Below, in pieces: positions 19,908-29,641 of a stretch of 64,000 nt of DNA. Both the position numbers and the translations under genes were made by a program. The first letter of the stretch is position 1, and each line of letters begins with the position of its first letter. This stretch comes from Candidatus Poribacteria bacterium (GTDB lineage Bacteria; Poribacteria; WGA-4E; WGA-3G), in the NCBI GenBank assembly GCA_965205015.1, contig OZ242029.1, forward strand, positions 320,001-384,000, read 5' to 3'. The notes below the pieces were generated by a model. That model did no database searches. It was not told where the DNA came from and saw only the letters and a list, made by a program, of their open reading frames with translations.

Positions 19908-21698
19908 ATGCACGCGCCGGAAAGGAGTCTCACCATTCGTAGTCTATTCGGTCTCAAGAAGTATGTCATTCGGTATCGATACGCTATCTCAATTAGCTTC
20001 GTCCTTGTGATTCTGACGAATGGAATTCTGCTGATCAGCCCAAAGATCCTGCAAAGGGTGTTTGACGAGTTAGAACGCGCGGTTAGGGACCCAAACTTTA
20101 CAGTATCCCCGAGGCGTATCCTTTTTTTCGGACTCCTTATCTTTGGGGTCGCGCTCTTTGCCGGTATTCTCCGCTTCGCCCAACGCCGCATCATCCAAGG
20201 GGTCGCTCGACAGATGGAGTTTCACCTCCGCGCCGACTTCTTTCTCCATCTCCAAAAACTCTCCGCCGCCTACTACGATAACGTCCGCACGGGTGATCTG
20301 ATGACGCGCGCTACCAGCGACCTAAACGCCATTAGAATGGTACTGAGCAGTGCGATCATGTACTCCGCTGATGCGATCGTGTTTTTCGGGTTCGCACTTA
20401 CCATCATGCTGCAGATTGACGCAACCCTAACGGTTGTCGCCTTGCTACCCTATCCAATCCTCGCAGTTTTGATTCGCTCCCTCGGAAAACGGTTACACGC
20501 CCACTATGAACGCATCCAAGAGGCGTTTTCAACGTTGAATACCAAAGTCCAGGAGAATTTGTCGGGGGTGCGCGTTGTGAAGGCATATACGCTTGAGGCA
20601 AGTGAGGTGGATCATTTCCAAGAACTGAATCACGAGTTTGTTGAACGGAACCACCGGCAAATCCGATTGATGACATTCTTCTTTCCGCTCTTCCGATTTC
20701 TACCGGGTGTCGGGGGTGTGGTTCTCCTCTGGATGGGCGGTCTCCATGTCATTGAAGGGAAAATTACACTCGGCGATTTTGTGGCGTTCAGTGCCTATCT
20801 CATGATGCTCGTCCGCCCGATGATTACCCTCGGTTTCATTGTTAACACTTTTGAACGCGGGGCAGCCTCTATGGATCGGATGAACGCAGTCCTCAACGAA
20901 AAGCCTGAAATCTTCGACGACGCGCAGGTGAAATGGGGTATCAAAAACATTGAAGGCGAAATTGAGTTTAAAAATCTGAATTTCGATTACCCAGACGGAA
21001 CGCCTGTGCTCAAAGACATTAACCTTAAAATTGCGCCTGGCATGACGCTCGCGATCGTCGGTGGGACAGGCTCTGGAAAATCTACCCTCGTCAACCTCAT
21101 CCCCCGCATCCGTCGAGCAGAACGCGGCACCCTCTTTATCGATGGCGTGGACATTCAGGACATACCCCTAAACGTCCTCCGCTCCAATATCGGGTTTGTA
21201 GAACAGGAGCCGTTTCTTTTTTCGGACTACCTGCGGAACAATATCACCTACGGTCTCGAAACAGCGGACGATGCAGAGGTGAAAAAAGCGGCACACACCG
21301 CAGACCTTCTCGCACAAATTGAGGAATTCCCCGACGGATTGGAAACCTTCCTCGGTGAACGCGGGATAACAATTTCCGGTGGGCAACGCCAACGGAGCGC
21401 GCTCGCCCGAGCAATCATCATTAAACCCAAAATCCTAATCCTTGACGACGCCTTCGCGAACGTGGATACCCAGACGGAGGATACCATTCTCAATCGACTC
21501 GACGAAATTATGAAAAATCGCACAACGATTCTCATTTCGCATCGGATCTCTACCGTCAAAAACGCCGACCATATTATCGTCCTCAATGACGGCAGTATCG
21601 TTGAAACCGGCACACACGAACAACTGCTTGAACACAACGGAATTTACGCCGGTATCTATGAAACACAACTCTTGCAAGAGGAACTCGAGGAACTATAA
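19908..21698 (+). CDS. ABC exporter, fused permease/ATPase, subunit 1
   Basis: TM domain, GGTGSGKST, ISGGQRQR, degenerate LILDD; start uncertain. Confidence 0.92.
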   Translation: MHAPERSLTIRSLFGLKKYVIRYRYAISISFVLVILTNGILLISPKILQRVFDELERAVRDPNFTVSPRRILFFGLLIFGVALFAGILRFAQRRIIQGVARQMEFHLRADFFLHLQKLSAAYYDNVRTGDLMTRATSDLNAIRMVLSSAIMYSADAIVFFGFALTIMLQIDATLTVVALLPYPILAVLIRSLGKRLHAHYERIQEAFSTLNTKVQENLSGVRVVKAYTLEASEVDHFQELNHEFVERNHRQIRLMTFFFPLFRFLPGVGGVVLLWMGGLHVIEGKITLGDFVAFSAYLMMLVRPMITLGFIVNTFERGAASMDRMNAVLNEKPEIFDDAQVKWGIKNIEGEIEFKNLNFDYPDGTPVLKDINLKIAPGMTLAIVGGTGSGKSTLVNLIPRIRRAERGTLFIDGVDIQDIPLNVLRSNIGFVEQEPFLFSDYLRNNITYGLETADDAEVKKAAHTADLLAQIEEFPDGLETFLGERGITISGGQRQRSALARAIIIKPKILILDDAFANVDTQTEDTILNRLDEIMKNRTTILISHRISTVKNADHIIVLNDGSIVETGTHEQLLEHNGIYAGIYETQLLQEELEEL

Positions 21699-21713
21699 AG
21701 GAGGAGTCCACCT

Positions 21714-23522
21714 ATGTTCGGCATGGGAGGCGAATTATACGAATATAGCGAAGAAGAGCAAGACCTCGGGAAAGTCTATGATCGGGTGCTAATGAAGCGG
21801 CTCCTGGCGTATCTCAAGCCCTACAAACTCCAATTGCTCATCATCGGATTGCTCATGGTCGGGAATACACTTGCCCGCTTAGCTGGACCCTACCTGCTGC
21901 AGCGGGGTATTGACGAGCACATCACCCCCGGCGTATTGGACGGATTAAGCACGATTGCAATGTTTTTCGTGTTAGCATTGATTGGCGAGTTCGTATTCAG
22001 TTACTTTGAAGAATACCGCATGCAGATGATTGGACAACACGTGATGCACGATTTGCGACAAACGCTCTTTTCGCATCTGCAACGCTTGGATGTCCAATTC
22101 TTTGATAAAAATCCGGTCGGTAGACTGATGACCCGCGTGATGGGGGATGTGCAGGTCCTCAACGAACTCTTCGCCTCTGGTGTGATTACTGTTTTCGCGA
22201 ATCTGCTCCAGATTTTGGGGATCATGGTGGTAATGCTCCTCTATAACTGGAAACTCGCACTCGTGACGTTCACCGTGATTCCCATCATTTTCGGTGCAAC
22301 GCTGGTCTACCAGATTTATTCGCGCCGCGCGTTTCGCGAGCAACGCAAGCAACTCGCCCGGATTAACGCCTTTTTACAGGAAAACATCGTCGGTATGACG
22401 ACGATGCAACTTTTCGCACAAGAGCGGCGGAGCCATCTCCGTTTTAATGAGCGCAACCGGAGATACCTCGCGGCGAACCTCCGAAGTATCTTCTATTTTT
22501 CGATTTTCCACCCACTGATTGAAGTGACCGCTTCGCTTGCGATAGCCGTAATTATCTGGTACGGTGGTGGACAGGTCGTGCAAGGTGCGCTGAGTTTCGG
22601 TGTGCTGTTAGCATTTATCCGTTACGCTGAACGTTTCTTCTGGCCCATCCGAGAACTCAGCGAGAAATATACCATCTTCCAGAACGCAATGGCATCCTCC
22701 GAACGTATCTTCCAGCTGCTGGATACACAACCCTCTATCGTTTCTACTGCCCCTAAAAACAGCTCCGGGACTCTGAAAGGCGAGATTGAATTCCGAAACG
22801 TCTGGTTCGCCTACAACGATGACGACTACGTTTTGCGGGATGTCTCATTCAAGGTGAAACCGGGGGAAAAGGTCGCACTTGTGGGGCATACCGGTGCAGG
22901 AAAAACCTCTATCATCAACCTGCTCTGTCGATTCTACGAGATTAACAAGGGACAGATCCTGATTGACGGTGTAGATATCCGAGAGATGAACTTGGAGGAA
23001 TTACGGGAAGCCGTCAGTATCGTGCAACAGAATATCTTCCTCTTCTCCGACTCCATCGAACGGAATATTAATCTGGGGAATCCCGCAATCTCGTCGGAGC
23101 AGGTGAAGCGTGCCGCGCAAGACGTGCATTTAGATCGGTTCGTTCAGAAAATGCCGCAGGTCTACGGCACAGAGATCAAAGAGGATGGCGGCGGGTTATC
23201 CGTTGGACAGAAGCAGTTGGTCGCCTTTGCGCGAGCGTTAGCCTCCGATCCGAGTATCCTCATCCTCGACGAAGCCACCTCAAGCGTTGACACCGAAACC
23301 GAGATCCTGATTGAGGACGCGCTTCGGCGTTTGATGGCAGATCGCACCTCCGTCGTCATCGCGCACCGACTTTCGACGATCCAAAATGCGGACAAAATTA
23401 TCGTGATGCACCGCGGCGAAATCCGGGAGACCGGTACACATAATGAACTATTACAACAGGAAGGCATCTATTATCGGTTGTATCAGTTGCAGTACAAGGG
23501 ACAAGAGAAAGGGAACAGTTAG
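21714..23522 (+). CDS. ABC exporter, fused permease/ATPase, subunit 2 (heterodimer partner)
   Basis: GHTGAGKTS, LSVGQKQL, LILDEATSSVD, IAHRLST; AGGAGG RBS. Confidence 0.93.
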   Translation: MFGMGGELYEYSEEEQDLGKVYDRVLMKRLLAYLKPYKLQLLIIGLLMVGNTLARLAGPYLLQRGIDEHITPGVLDGLSTIAMFFVLALIGEFVFSYFEEYRMQMIGQHVMHDLRQTLFSHLQRLDVQFFDKNPVGRLMTRVMGDVQVLNELFASGVITVFANLLQILGIMVVMLLYNWKLALVTFTVIPIIFGATLVYQIYSRRAFREQRKQLARINAFLQENIVGMTTMQLFAQERRSHLRFNERNRRYLAANLRSIFYFSIFHPLIEVTASLAIAVIIWYGGGQVVQGALSFGVLLAFIRYAERFFWPIRELSEKYTIFQNAMASSERIFQLLDTQPSIVSTAPKNSSGTLKGEIEFRNVWFAYNDDDYVLRDVSFKVKPGEKVALVGHTGAGKTSIINLLCRFYEINKGQILIDGVDIREMNLEELREAVSIVQQNIFLFSDSIERNINLGNPAISSEQVKRAAQDVHLDRFVQKMPQVYGTEIKEDGGGLSVGQKQLVAFARALASDPSILILDEATSSVDTETEILIEDALRRLMADRTSVVIAHRLSTIQNADKIIVMHRGEIRETGTHNELLQQEGIYYRLYQLQYKGQEKGNS

Positions 23523-23537
23523 AACGTATCGTGCGCC

Positions 23538-25463
23538 TCAATGCCACACAATATATGTCGGCATCTCCAGCACCAATCCGATGAGGCTCCACACGCATCC
23601 GAGCGTGTAATCCCCCAAAATCAATCCCAGAAAGAACGGCACTGCCTGTCGATAGAGCTTCACACCACCGATCTTCAGCACAACCGCTTTCGCCAACCAA
23701 CTGAGAAAGATCGGAAACCACAAACCGCCCATCCCTGTCCCGCTAACGAGAACATAACCCCCTGGATGCAGGGGCCACCAGAGAAACCGGATCTTCATCA
23801 TCATCAGGAGTATCGTAAACAGGAAACTCCCACCGATAACGCCGAGTTCCGGCACAGCCGTCTCCCGTGGACTGACAAGCCACGTCTGTAAACGGTTGAA
23901 CGTCTCCCACCCCATATAGACGATCCAGCCGCGTGCTTTACTCCCCGCACCCATATCGTAGAGGACGTGTAGATATGCCCAGAACGTTATCAGGATACCG
24001 AACACAATCGCCAAGATCATACCGATAAGCAACTGCCGATACCCAATCTGGCTCCGTTCTGCCAAGCGGAACGCCTCCAACTCACTCGGTGTCGGATGCG
24101 CACGGAAACAGCGGACAAACGGATAGAGGAACGTCAACCCCGTCAGGTTGCCTGCCCCGAGCCGACGCGTGCCCAACGCAAGCACCATCGTCCGTCCCGG
24201 ATCGACAAAGATGAGTTGATGCAACGGCGGTCCAATTTCAGCACGGATACGCGTGATGCCGATGACCAGTGGAAAATAGAACAGGAAAAAGAGTCCGATC
24301 GCCCAGAACGTCATCCCCATTTGAAAACAGAAAAAGAAGAGACACAGCATCCCGACCGTGAACAGTCCCGCCGCAGTGCGGTAACGCATCGGTTCACGAG
24401 AATCGTCAGGTGCGGGTTCCCCGCGGCGTTGTGCGATCCCGAAAACCTTCCGAAGAATCCGTCCGTAGTGTCGCCGTCCTATCCACAAGGGAATACATCC
24501 GAACGCTATCCATGCCCCCGTTTGTTGTTCGAGATGATAGATATTCCGCGCCCCGAGCGCGTCCGTTACAATCAGTTGGAGGCGACCGAGGAGCCAGAAG
24601 AACCAGCAGGAAAACGAGAGGTCCAGCGGTGTAAAGAACATCAAACCGATACTAAACGGGTAGAAGGAGATACGAATCGGTCCCATCGCACTCCACGGCT
24701 TCGAGCTGAATTGCCCGATCGTCTTACCCTTAATCGGGAGGGCGGGTATATCGGGAAACAGATAGTTCAAACCGTTCAGCAATTCCGCGCTCCCTGCGAG
24801 TGCGAAGCCGAGCCACATCCACGGCGAAGTAAAGAACCGTTTCGGGTTGCTCGTGAGTGCCAACGGGAGTTGGACGATCGGATAGTTCAGTCGTTCATTT
24901 TCCGTCCACTGCTTCCGAAGAAAGACCGTCACCGCTAACAACGTCAGCCAGAGCGCGATGACGAAACTCGACCACGCCAGCACCGGCGGTATCCATGCGT
25001 TTAAAGTGACGGAGGTGTAGAGCGTAGAATCTCCCTCGTAGAACCCGTCCAAGATCCGCGGAGTTTTAACAGCGATCCACGTCGGAACGTGATGCCCGAA
25101 CAACGGAATCCATTCGTTTTCTGGCGATGCGAACTGAAAGGCGTGCGCCAGGACGGGGATGAGATAGCCCATCATCGTATGCCCGCTGATCGTCGTCAGC
25201 ATCACGACCATCACATAGATGGTTTGCAAATCCGCTTCCGACATCGCCAGACGCGGTAGGAATCGCTGGAACAGTAGGTTGACCAGTACGAAAACAAGGA
25301 GGGTGAAAACCGCATTGAAGAACAGCGAAGCGATCGTCAGCTGCGTAGAGTGCCATACCTCTGTCCCCATCAGGCACCAGTAACTATTAAAGACGACGAG
25401 CACCAGCCCAATCAGTAGAATATGCGGTTTGACGAGATTGGTTCTTCCGTTTCCGTTAGCCAT
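23538..25463 (-). CDS. Polytopic membrane protein, putative peptide transporter (DUF6785/DUF6784-like), copy 1
   Basis: Many TM helices; RKQWTENERLNYPIVQLP, RIRAEIG, WWPLHPGGY, PFFLGLILGD. Confidence 0.7.
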   Translation of the reverse strand: MANGNGRTNLVKPHILLIGLVLVVFNSYWCLMGTEVWHSTQLTIASLFFNAVFTLLVFVLVNLLFQRFLPRLAMSEADLQTIYVMVVMLTTISGHTMMGYLIPVLAHAFQFASPENEWIPLFGHHVPTWIAVKTPRILDGFYEGDSTLYTSVTLNAWIPPVLAWSSFVIALWLTLLAVTVFLRKQWTENERLNYPIVQLPLALTSNPKRFFTSPWMWLGFALAGSAELLNGLNYLFPDIPALPIKGKTIGQFSSKPWSAMGPIRISFYPFSIGLMFFTPLDLSFSCWFFWLLGRLQLIVTDALGARNIYHLEQQTGAWIAFGCIPLWIGRRHYGRILRKVFGIAQRRGEPAPDDSREPMRYRTAAGLFTVGMLCLFFFCFQMGMTFWAIGLFFLFYFPLVIGITRIRAEIGPPLHQLIFVDPGRTMVLALGTRRLGAGNLTGLTFLYPFVRCFRAHPTPSELEAFRLAERSQIGYRQLLIGMILAIVFGILITFWAYLHVLYDMGAGSKARGWIVYMGWETFNRLQTWLVSPRETAVPELGVIGGSFLFTILLMMMKIRFLWWPLHPGGYVLVSGTGMGGLWFPIFLSWLAKAVVLKIGGVKLYRQAVPFFLGLILGDYTLGCVWSLIGLVLEMPTYIVWH

Positions 25464-26232
25464 TCCCGCTCCTACTGATGTGCCGTAACGCTTCCTGTAA
25501 CACCAATTCGTTGCTATATCTTTTTAGGGTGTCCGCTGCTGAGGGATCACTGAAGTCTCGGATCTCTTCGCATAATAGCGGCAATGCCCGCACGACGTTA
25601 TCCACGATTGTGATACTCGCCTGCTTCGCCGTGCGCGACATCGGGTTTAGATCGACGGTCACGACCGATTTGCCCATCTTACGGAGTGCTTCACATCGGT
25701 CGCCGTCCTCAAGCGGTACGAAGACGACATCCGCCTTAAAAATCCCGTCTGGATGCACGAACTTCCGATTGGAGTCGATATAGGAGAGTTGCGCCTCGGT
25801 TGTCGGCATTAGCACATCCGGCGCGCCTTCCACCGCCATATCCGCTGGCGAGGTTTCTAACCTCGCCTTGTGCTTCAGCAGATGTTCTCGGATCCTCTGC
25901 TCGCGTCCCGTCTCCGTGTGGAAAATATTGACCTCTAACGGAGCATTCAGCACCCGTCCCAATTCAACAAGCCCATCTGGCACCAATGCCGCGACATTCC
26001 CATTGACCGAAATAACAGGATGTTCCGCGAGACAAAGCATCGCCGCGGCAGCATGGATCGCCTCCGTTGCGAAGGGTTGTGTTGCCTCACCGATGAGGTA
26101 ATCGAAAGCTTCCCCGCGTCCGTGCGCGATGAGTCCGTGGACAGAGGTAATGCCTTGCTCCACACCTGCAACGATGGTATCTCTTAATGTCAATGAAAGG
26201 TATCGGGGATGTGTTTTCGGAACGTCGGTCAA
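25456..26232 (-). CDS. Archaeal-type phosphopantothenate synthetase (4-phosphopantoate--beta-alanine ligase)
   Basis: VPKTHPRYLSL, GLIAHGRGEAFDYLIGE, PVISVNGN, VPLEDGDR, DLNPMSRT. Confidence 0.88.
   Translation of the reverse strand: MTDVPKTHPRYLSLTLRDTIVAGVEQGITSVHGLIAHGRGEAFDYLIGEATQPFATEAIHAAAAMLCLAEHPVISVNGNVAALVPDGLVELGRVLNAPLEVNIFHTETGREQRIREHLLKHKARLETSPADMAVEGAPDVLMPTTEAQLSYIDSNRKFVHPDGIFKADVVFVPLEDGDRCEALRKMGKSVVTVDLNPMSRTAKQASITIVDNVVRALPLLCEEIRDFSDPSAADTLKRYSNELVLQEALRHISRSGNG
25828..25869. repeat. 42-bp in-frame insertion containing a REP-like palindrome
   Basis: ggcgaggtt-tct-aacctcgcc at 25847-25867; encodes KARLETSPADMAVE between LLKH and GAPDVL. Confidence 0.7.
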
Positions 26233-26262
26233 TTGTGTAACACCTCAGCACAAGTTTCATCT

Positions 26263-26291
26263 ATTATACTGCGTTTTGCATAAGTTTGCAA
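26263..26291 (-). promoter_or_regulatory. Sigma70-type promoter
   Basis: TTGCAA-N17-TATAAT; conserved in the duplicate at 29594-29622. Confidence 0.6.
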
Positions 26292-26518
26292 GTGGCGATG
26301 TGTAACCCAATTCCGGCTCAGATTTGACAAATTTCAAGTGTTACAGTAAATTATATTTAAACTCCCTAAGCGTGACATATATTGTCCCTAAAAACGAGCA
26401 CTTTTGTAGCATAGGAGACCGTTGGTCTCCTGTGCAGTCCTGCAGGCGCTTTGAAGCGATCTGTCAATGCAATATAATCTTTTAGAAATGGTATGATTTG
26501 AAATAAAAGAGAGAAAAA

Positions 26519-27583
26519 ATGACCCAAACAACAAAACACCCTGTTGACAACGAGACAAACGTTGAGGAGAGAGCAAACAGTGTTGATGCTGTAAGTGATG
26601 TAGAAAATCAACGCCAACTCAACGATTTACGACGTGAATATCTTGATGGTCGGTCGGATTCTATTAATCAATGGCTGGTTGTTATAGGTATAGTTCTTGC
26701 CTTTTTTGCAGTCGCAATTCCGATTGTAACGGGTATTGCTGCTTATGTGGCTTACAGAGAGTTTCAGAATATTGAATCCGAGGCAGCGAAATATCTTCAG
26801 GAAGCAAAGGGATATGCCAACGAAGCAGCAAAATATCTTCAGGAAATCGAGGCGCAAAAGAAAGTAGCAGAAAAAGTCGTATCGGAATTGACCAGTCAAG
26901 ACATCACTAAACTCGTTCAACCCGGAAAATCCGAAGTATCCCCAGAAGTTGAGGACCTACTACGAACGATTCAACGGGATCCTGGGACATCCGTAATAGA
27001 TAAAGCTATAGCTGGGGTGGTCAGATTGCAGCAAGAGGGAAGAACTGATGATGCGATTAAGCAGTGGAGTTCTATTGCGAATATATCGGAGGGGATTGAT
27101 AACGATATAGCCGCGGCGGCATTTTTCGCTCGTGGAACAATCAAAAATTCTTTGGGGAGACATGAGGAGGCGATTTCAGACGCTAATGAGGCAATCCGCT
27201 TAAAGCCAAATTATGTTGAGGCATACTTTCTTCGTGGACTCACCAACGAGAATTTAGGGAGACATGAGGAGGCGATTTCAGACCTTAATGAGGCAATCCG
27301 CTTAAGGCCAAATGATGCGCAGGCTTATCTCTTTCGTGGACTCTCCAACGGGAATTGGGGGAGACATGAGGAGGCGATTTCAGACCTTAATGAGGCAATC
27401 CGTTTAAAGCCAAATGACGCTCAGGCTTATTACCTTCGTGGCACTATAAAGGGAAACCTTAATAAAATAGAGGAGGCAAAGGCAGATTATCAGACGGCTT
27501 TAAAACTCGCTGAACAACAAGGAGACGAAAATCTCAAAACGACTCTTGAAGGAATACTTCAAGGATTCCAATATAAAGAATAG
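26519..27583 (+). CDS. Membrane-anchored TPR protein
   Basis: TM helix, coiled coil, then near-identical 102-bp TPR units (GRHEEAISDLNEAIRLKPN) from about 27155. Confidence 0.88.
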   Translation: MTQTTKHPVDNETNVEERANSVDAVSDVENQRQLNDLRREYLDGRSDSINQWLVVIGIVLAFFAVAIPIVTGIAAYVAYREFQNIESEAAKYLQEAKGYANEAAKYLQEIEAQKKVAEKVVSELTSQDITKLVQPGKSEVSPEVEDLLRTIQRDPGTSVIDKAIAGVVRLQQEGRTDDAIKQWSSIANISEGIDNDIAAAAFFARGTIKNSLGRHEEAISDANEAIRLKPNYVEAYFLRGLTNENLGRHEEAISDLNEAIRLRPNDAQAYLFRGLSNGNWGRHEEAISDLNEAIRLKPNDAQAYYLRGTIKGNLNKIEEAKADYQTALKLAEQQGDENLKTTLEGILQGFQYKE

Positions 27584-27624
27584 CCTTACGTTATCACGAA
27601 ACACGCTTCCAAAAATTGAACGCC

Positions 27625-29553
27625 TCAATGCCATACAATATACGTCGGTATCTCCAGCACCAATCCGATGAGGCTCCAGACACATCCGAGTGTATAATCC
27701 CCCAAGATTAGCCCCAAAAAGAAGGGTATCGCTTGTCGGTAGAGTTTCACACCGCCGATCTTCAGCACGATCGCCTTCGCTAACCAACCCAAGAAGATTG
27801 TAAACCATAACCTCCCCATCCCCGTGCCACTGACCAACACATAACCACCAGGGTGTAGGGGCCACCAGAGAAACCGGATCTTCATCATCATCAGGAAGAT
27901 CGTGAACAGGAAACTCCCACCGATAACACCGAGTTCCGGCACCCCCGTTTCCCGCGGACTGACAAGCCATGTTTGCAAGCGGTTGAACGTCTCCCACCCC
28001 ATATAGACGATCCAGCCGCGCGCCTTGCTCGCCGCACCCATATCGTAGAGGACGTGCAGATACGCCCAAAACGTTATCAGGATACCGAACACAATCGCCA
28101 AGATCATACCGATGAGCAACTGCCGATACCCGATTTGGCTCCGTTCTGCCAGACGAAACGCCTCCAGCTCACTCGGTGTCGGATGCGCACGGAAACAGCG
28201 GACAAACGGATAGAGGAACGTCAAGCCCATCAGGTTGGATGCCCCGAGACGGCGTGTGCCTAACGCCAACACCATCGTCCTGCCCGGATCAACAAGGATG
28301 AGTTGATGCAGTGGGGGACCAATTTCAGCGCGAACACGGGTGATACCGATAATCATCGGAAAGTAGAACAGGAAAAAGAGTCCGATCGCCCAGAAGGTCA
28401 TCCCCATCTGAAAACAGAAGAAGAACAAGCACAACAACCCGACCGTGAACAGTCCCGCTGCCGTCCGGTAACGCATCGGTTCCCCAGAATCGTCGGGTGG
28501 CGATTCACCACGCCGTTGCGCGATCCCGAAAACTTTACGAAGAATCCGTCCATAGTGCCGTCGTCCCATCCACAACGGGATGCATCCGAACGCAAGCCAC
28601 GCCCCCGTCTGCTGTTCAAACCGATAGATATCGCGGGCACCGAGTATATCCGTCACTATCATCTGAAGGCGGGTCAGTAACCAGAAGAACCAGCACGAAA
28701 ACGAGAGATCCAGCGGCGTGAAAAACATCAGCCCGATGCTAAATGGATAGAGGGAGATGCGAATCGGTCCCATCGCACTCCACGGCTTTGAACTGAATTG
28801 TCCAAGGACTCTGTTTCTGATAGGGAGGGAGGGGATCTCTGGAAACAGGAAACTCAGTCCATTCAGCAGTTCTGCGCTCCCCGCAATCGCGAAGCCGAGC
28901 CACATCCACGGCGAAGTAAAAAAGCGTTTCGGGTTACTCGTGAGCGCCAGCGGGAGTTGGACGATCGGATAGTTCAGCCGTTCGTTTTCCGTCCACTGTC
29001 TACGGAGAAAGACCGTCACCGCTAATAACGCCAGCCAGAGGGCGATAACAAAACTCGACCACGCCAGCACCGGCGGCATCCATGCGTTCAGCGTAGCAGA
29101 ATCATAGAGCGTAGCATCGCCGTTGTAGAATCCGTCTAAGATACGTGCGCTTTTGATTGCGATCCAACTGGGGATACTATTTCCAAAGAGCGATAACCAT
29201 TCATTTTCGGGGGTTGCGAACTGAAATGTATGCGTGAGGACGGGGATGAGGTATCCCATCATCGTATGCCCACTGATCGTCGATACCATCACCACCATCA
29301 CATAGATGGTTTGCAAATCCGCTTCCGACATCGCCAGACGCGGCATAAATCGCTGGAGCAGTAAATTGACAAGCACGAAGACGAGGAGGGTGAAAACGGC
29401 GTTGAAGAACAGCGAAGCGATCGTCAGTTGCGTAGAGTGCCATACCTCGGTCCCCATCAGGCACCAGTAGCTATTAAAAGCGACGAGCGCCAACCCAATC
29501 AATAGAATATGCGGTTTAACAAGGTTCCTTTTCCCGTTTCCGTTGGTTTCCAT
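27625..29553 (-). CDS. Polytopic membrane protein (DUF6785/DUF6784-like), copy 2
   Basis: Colinear close paralog of 23538-25463. Confidence 0.7.
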   Translation of the reverse strand: METNGNGKRNLVKPHILLIGLALVAFNSYWCLMGTEVWHSTQLTIASLFFNAVFTLLVFVLVNLLLQRFMPRLAMSEADLQTIYVMVVMVSTISGHTMMGYLIPVLTHTFQFATPENEWLSLFGNSIPSWIAIKSARILDGFYNGDATLYDSATLNAWMPPVLAWSSFVIALWLALLAVTVFLRRQWTENERLNYPIVQLPLALTSNPKRFFTSPWMWLGFAIAGSAELLNGLSFLFPEIPSLPIRNRVLGQFSSKPWSAMGPIRISLYPFSIGLMFFTPLDLSFSCWFFWLLTRLQMIVTDILGARDIYRFEQQTGAWLAFGCIPLWMGRRHYGRILRKVFGIAQRRGESPPDDSGEPMRYRTAAGLFTVGLLCLFFFCFQMGMTFWAIGLFFLFYFPMIIGITRVRAEIGPPLHQLILVDPGRTMVLALGTRRLGASNLMGLTFLYPFVRCFRAHPTPSELEAFRLAERSQIGYRQLLIGMILAIVFGILITFWAYLHVLYDMGAASKARGWIVYMGWETFNRLQTWLVSPRETGVPELGVIGGSFLFTIFLMMMKIRFLWWPLHPGGYVLVSGTGMGRLWFTIFLGWLAKAIVLKIGGVKLYRQAIPFFLGLILGDYTLGCVWSLIGLVLEIPTYIVWH

Positions 29554-29593
29554 TCCCGTTCCTGCCGATGTGCTTCAGTACAAGTTTACGCCT

Positions 29594-29622
29594 ATTATAC
29601 TGCGATTTGGGTAAGTTTTCAA
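29594..29622 (-). promoter_or_regulatory. Sigma70-type promoter (duplicate)
   Basis: TTGAAA-N17-TATAAT. Confidence 0.55.
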
Positions 29623-29641
29623 GCGGAGATGTGTTATAAGC

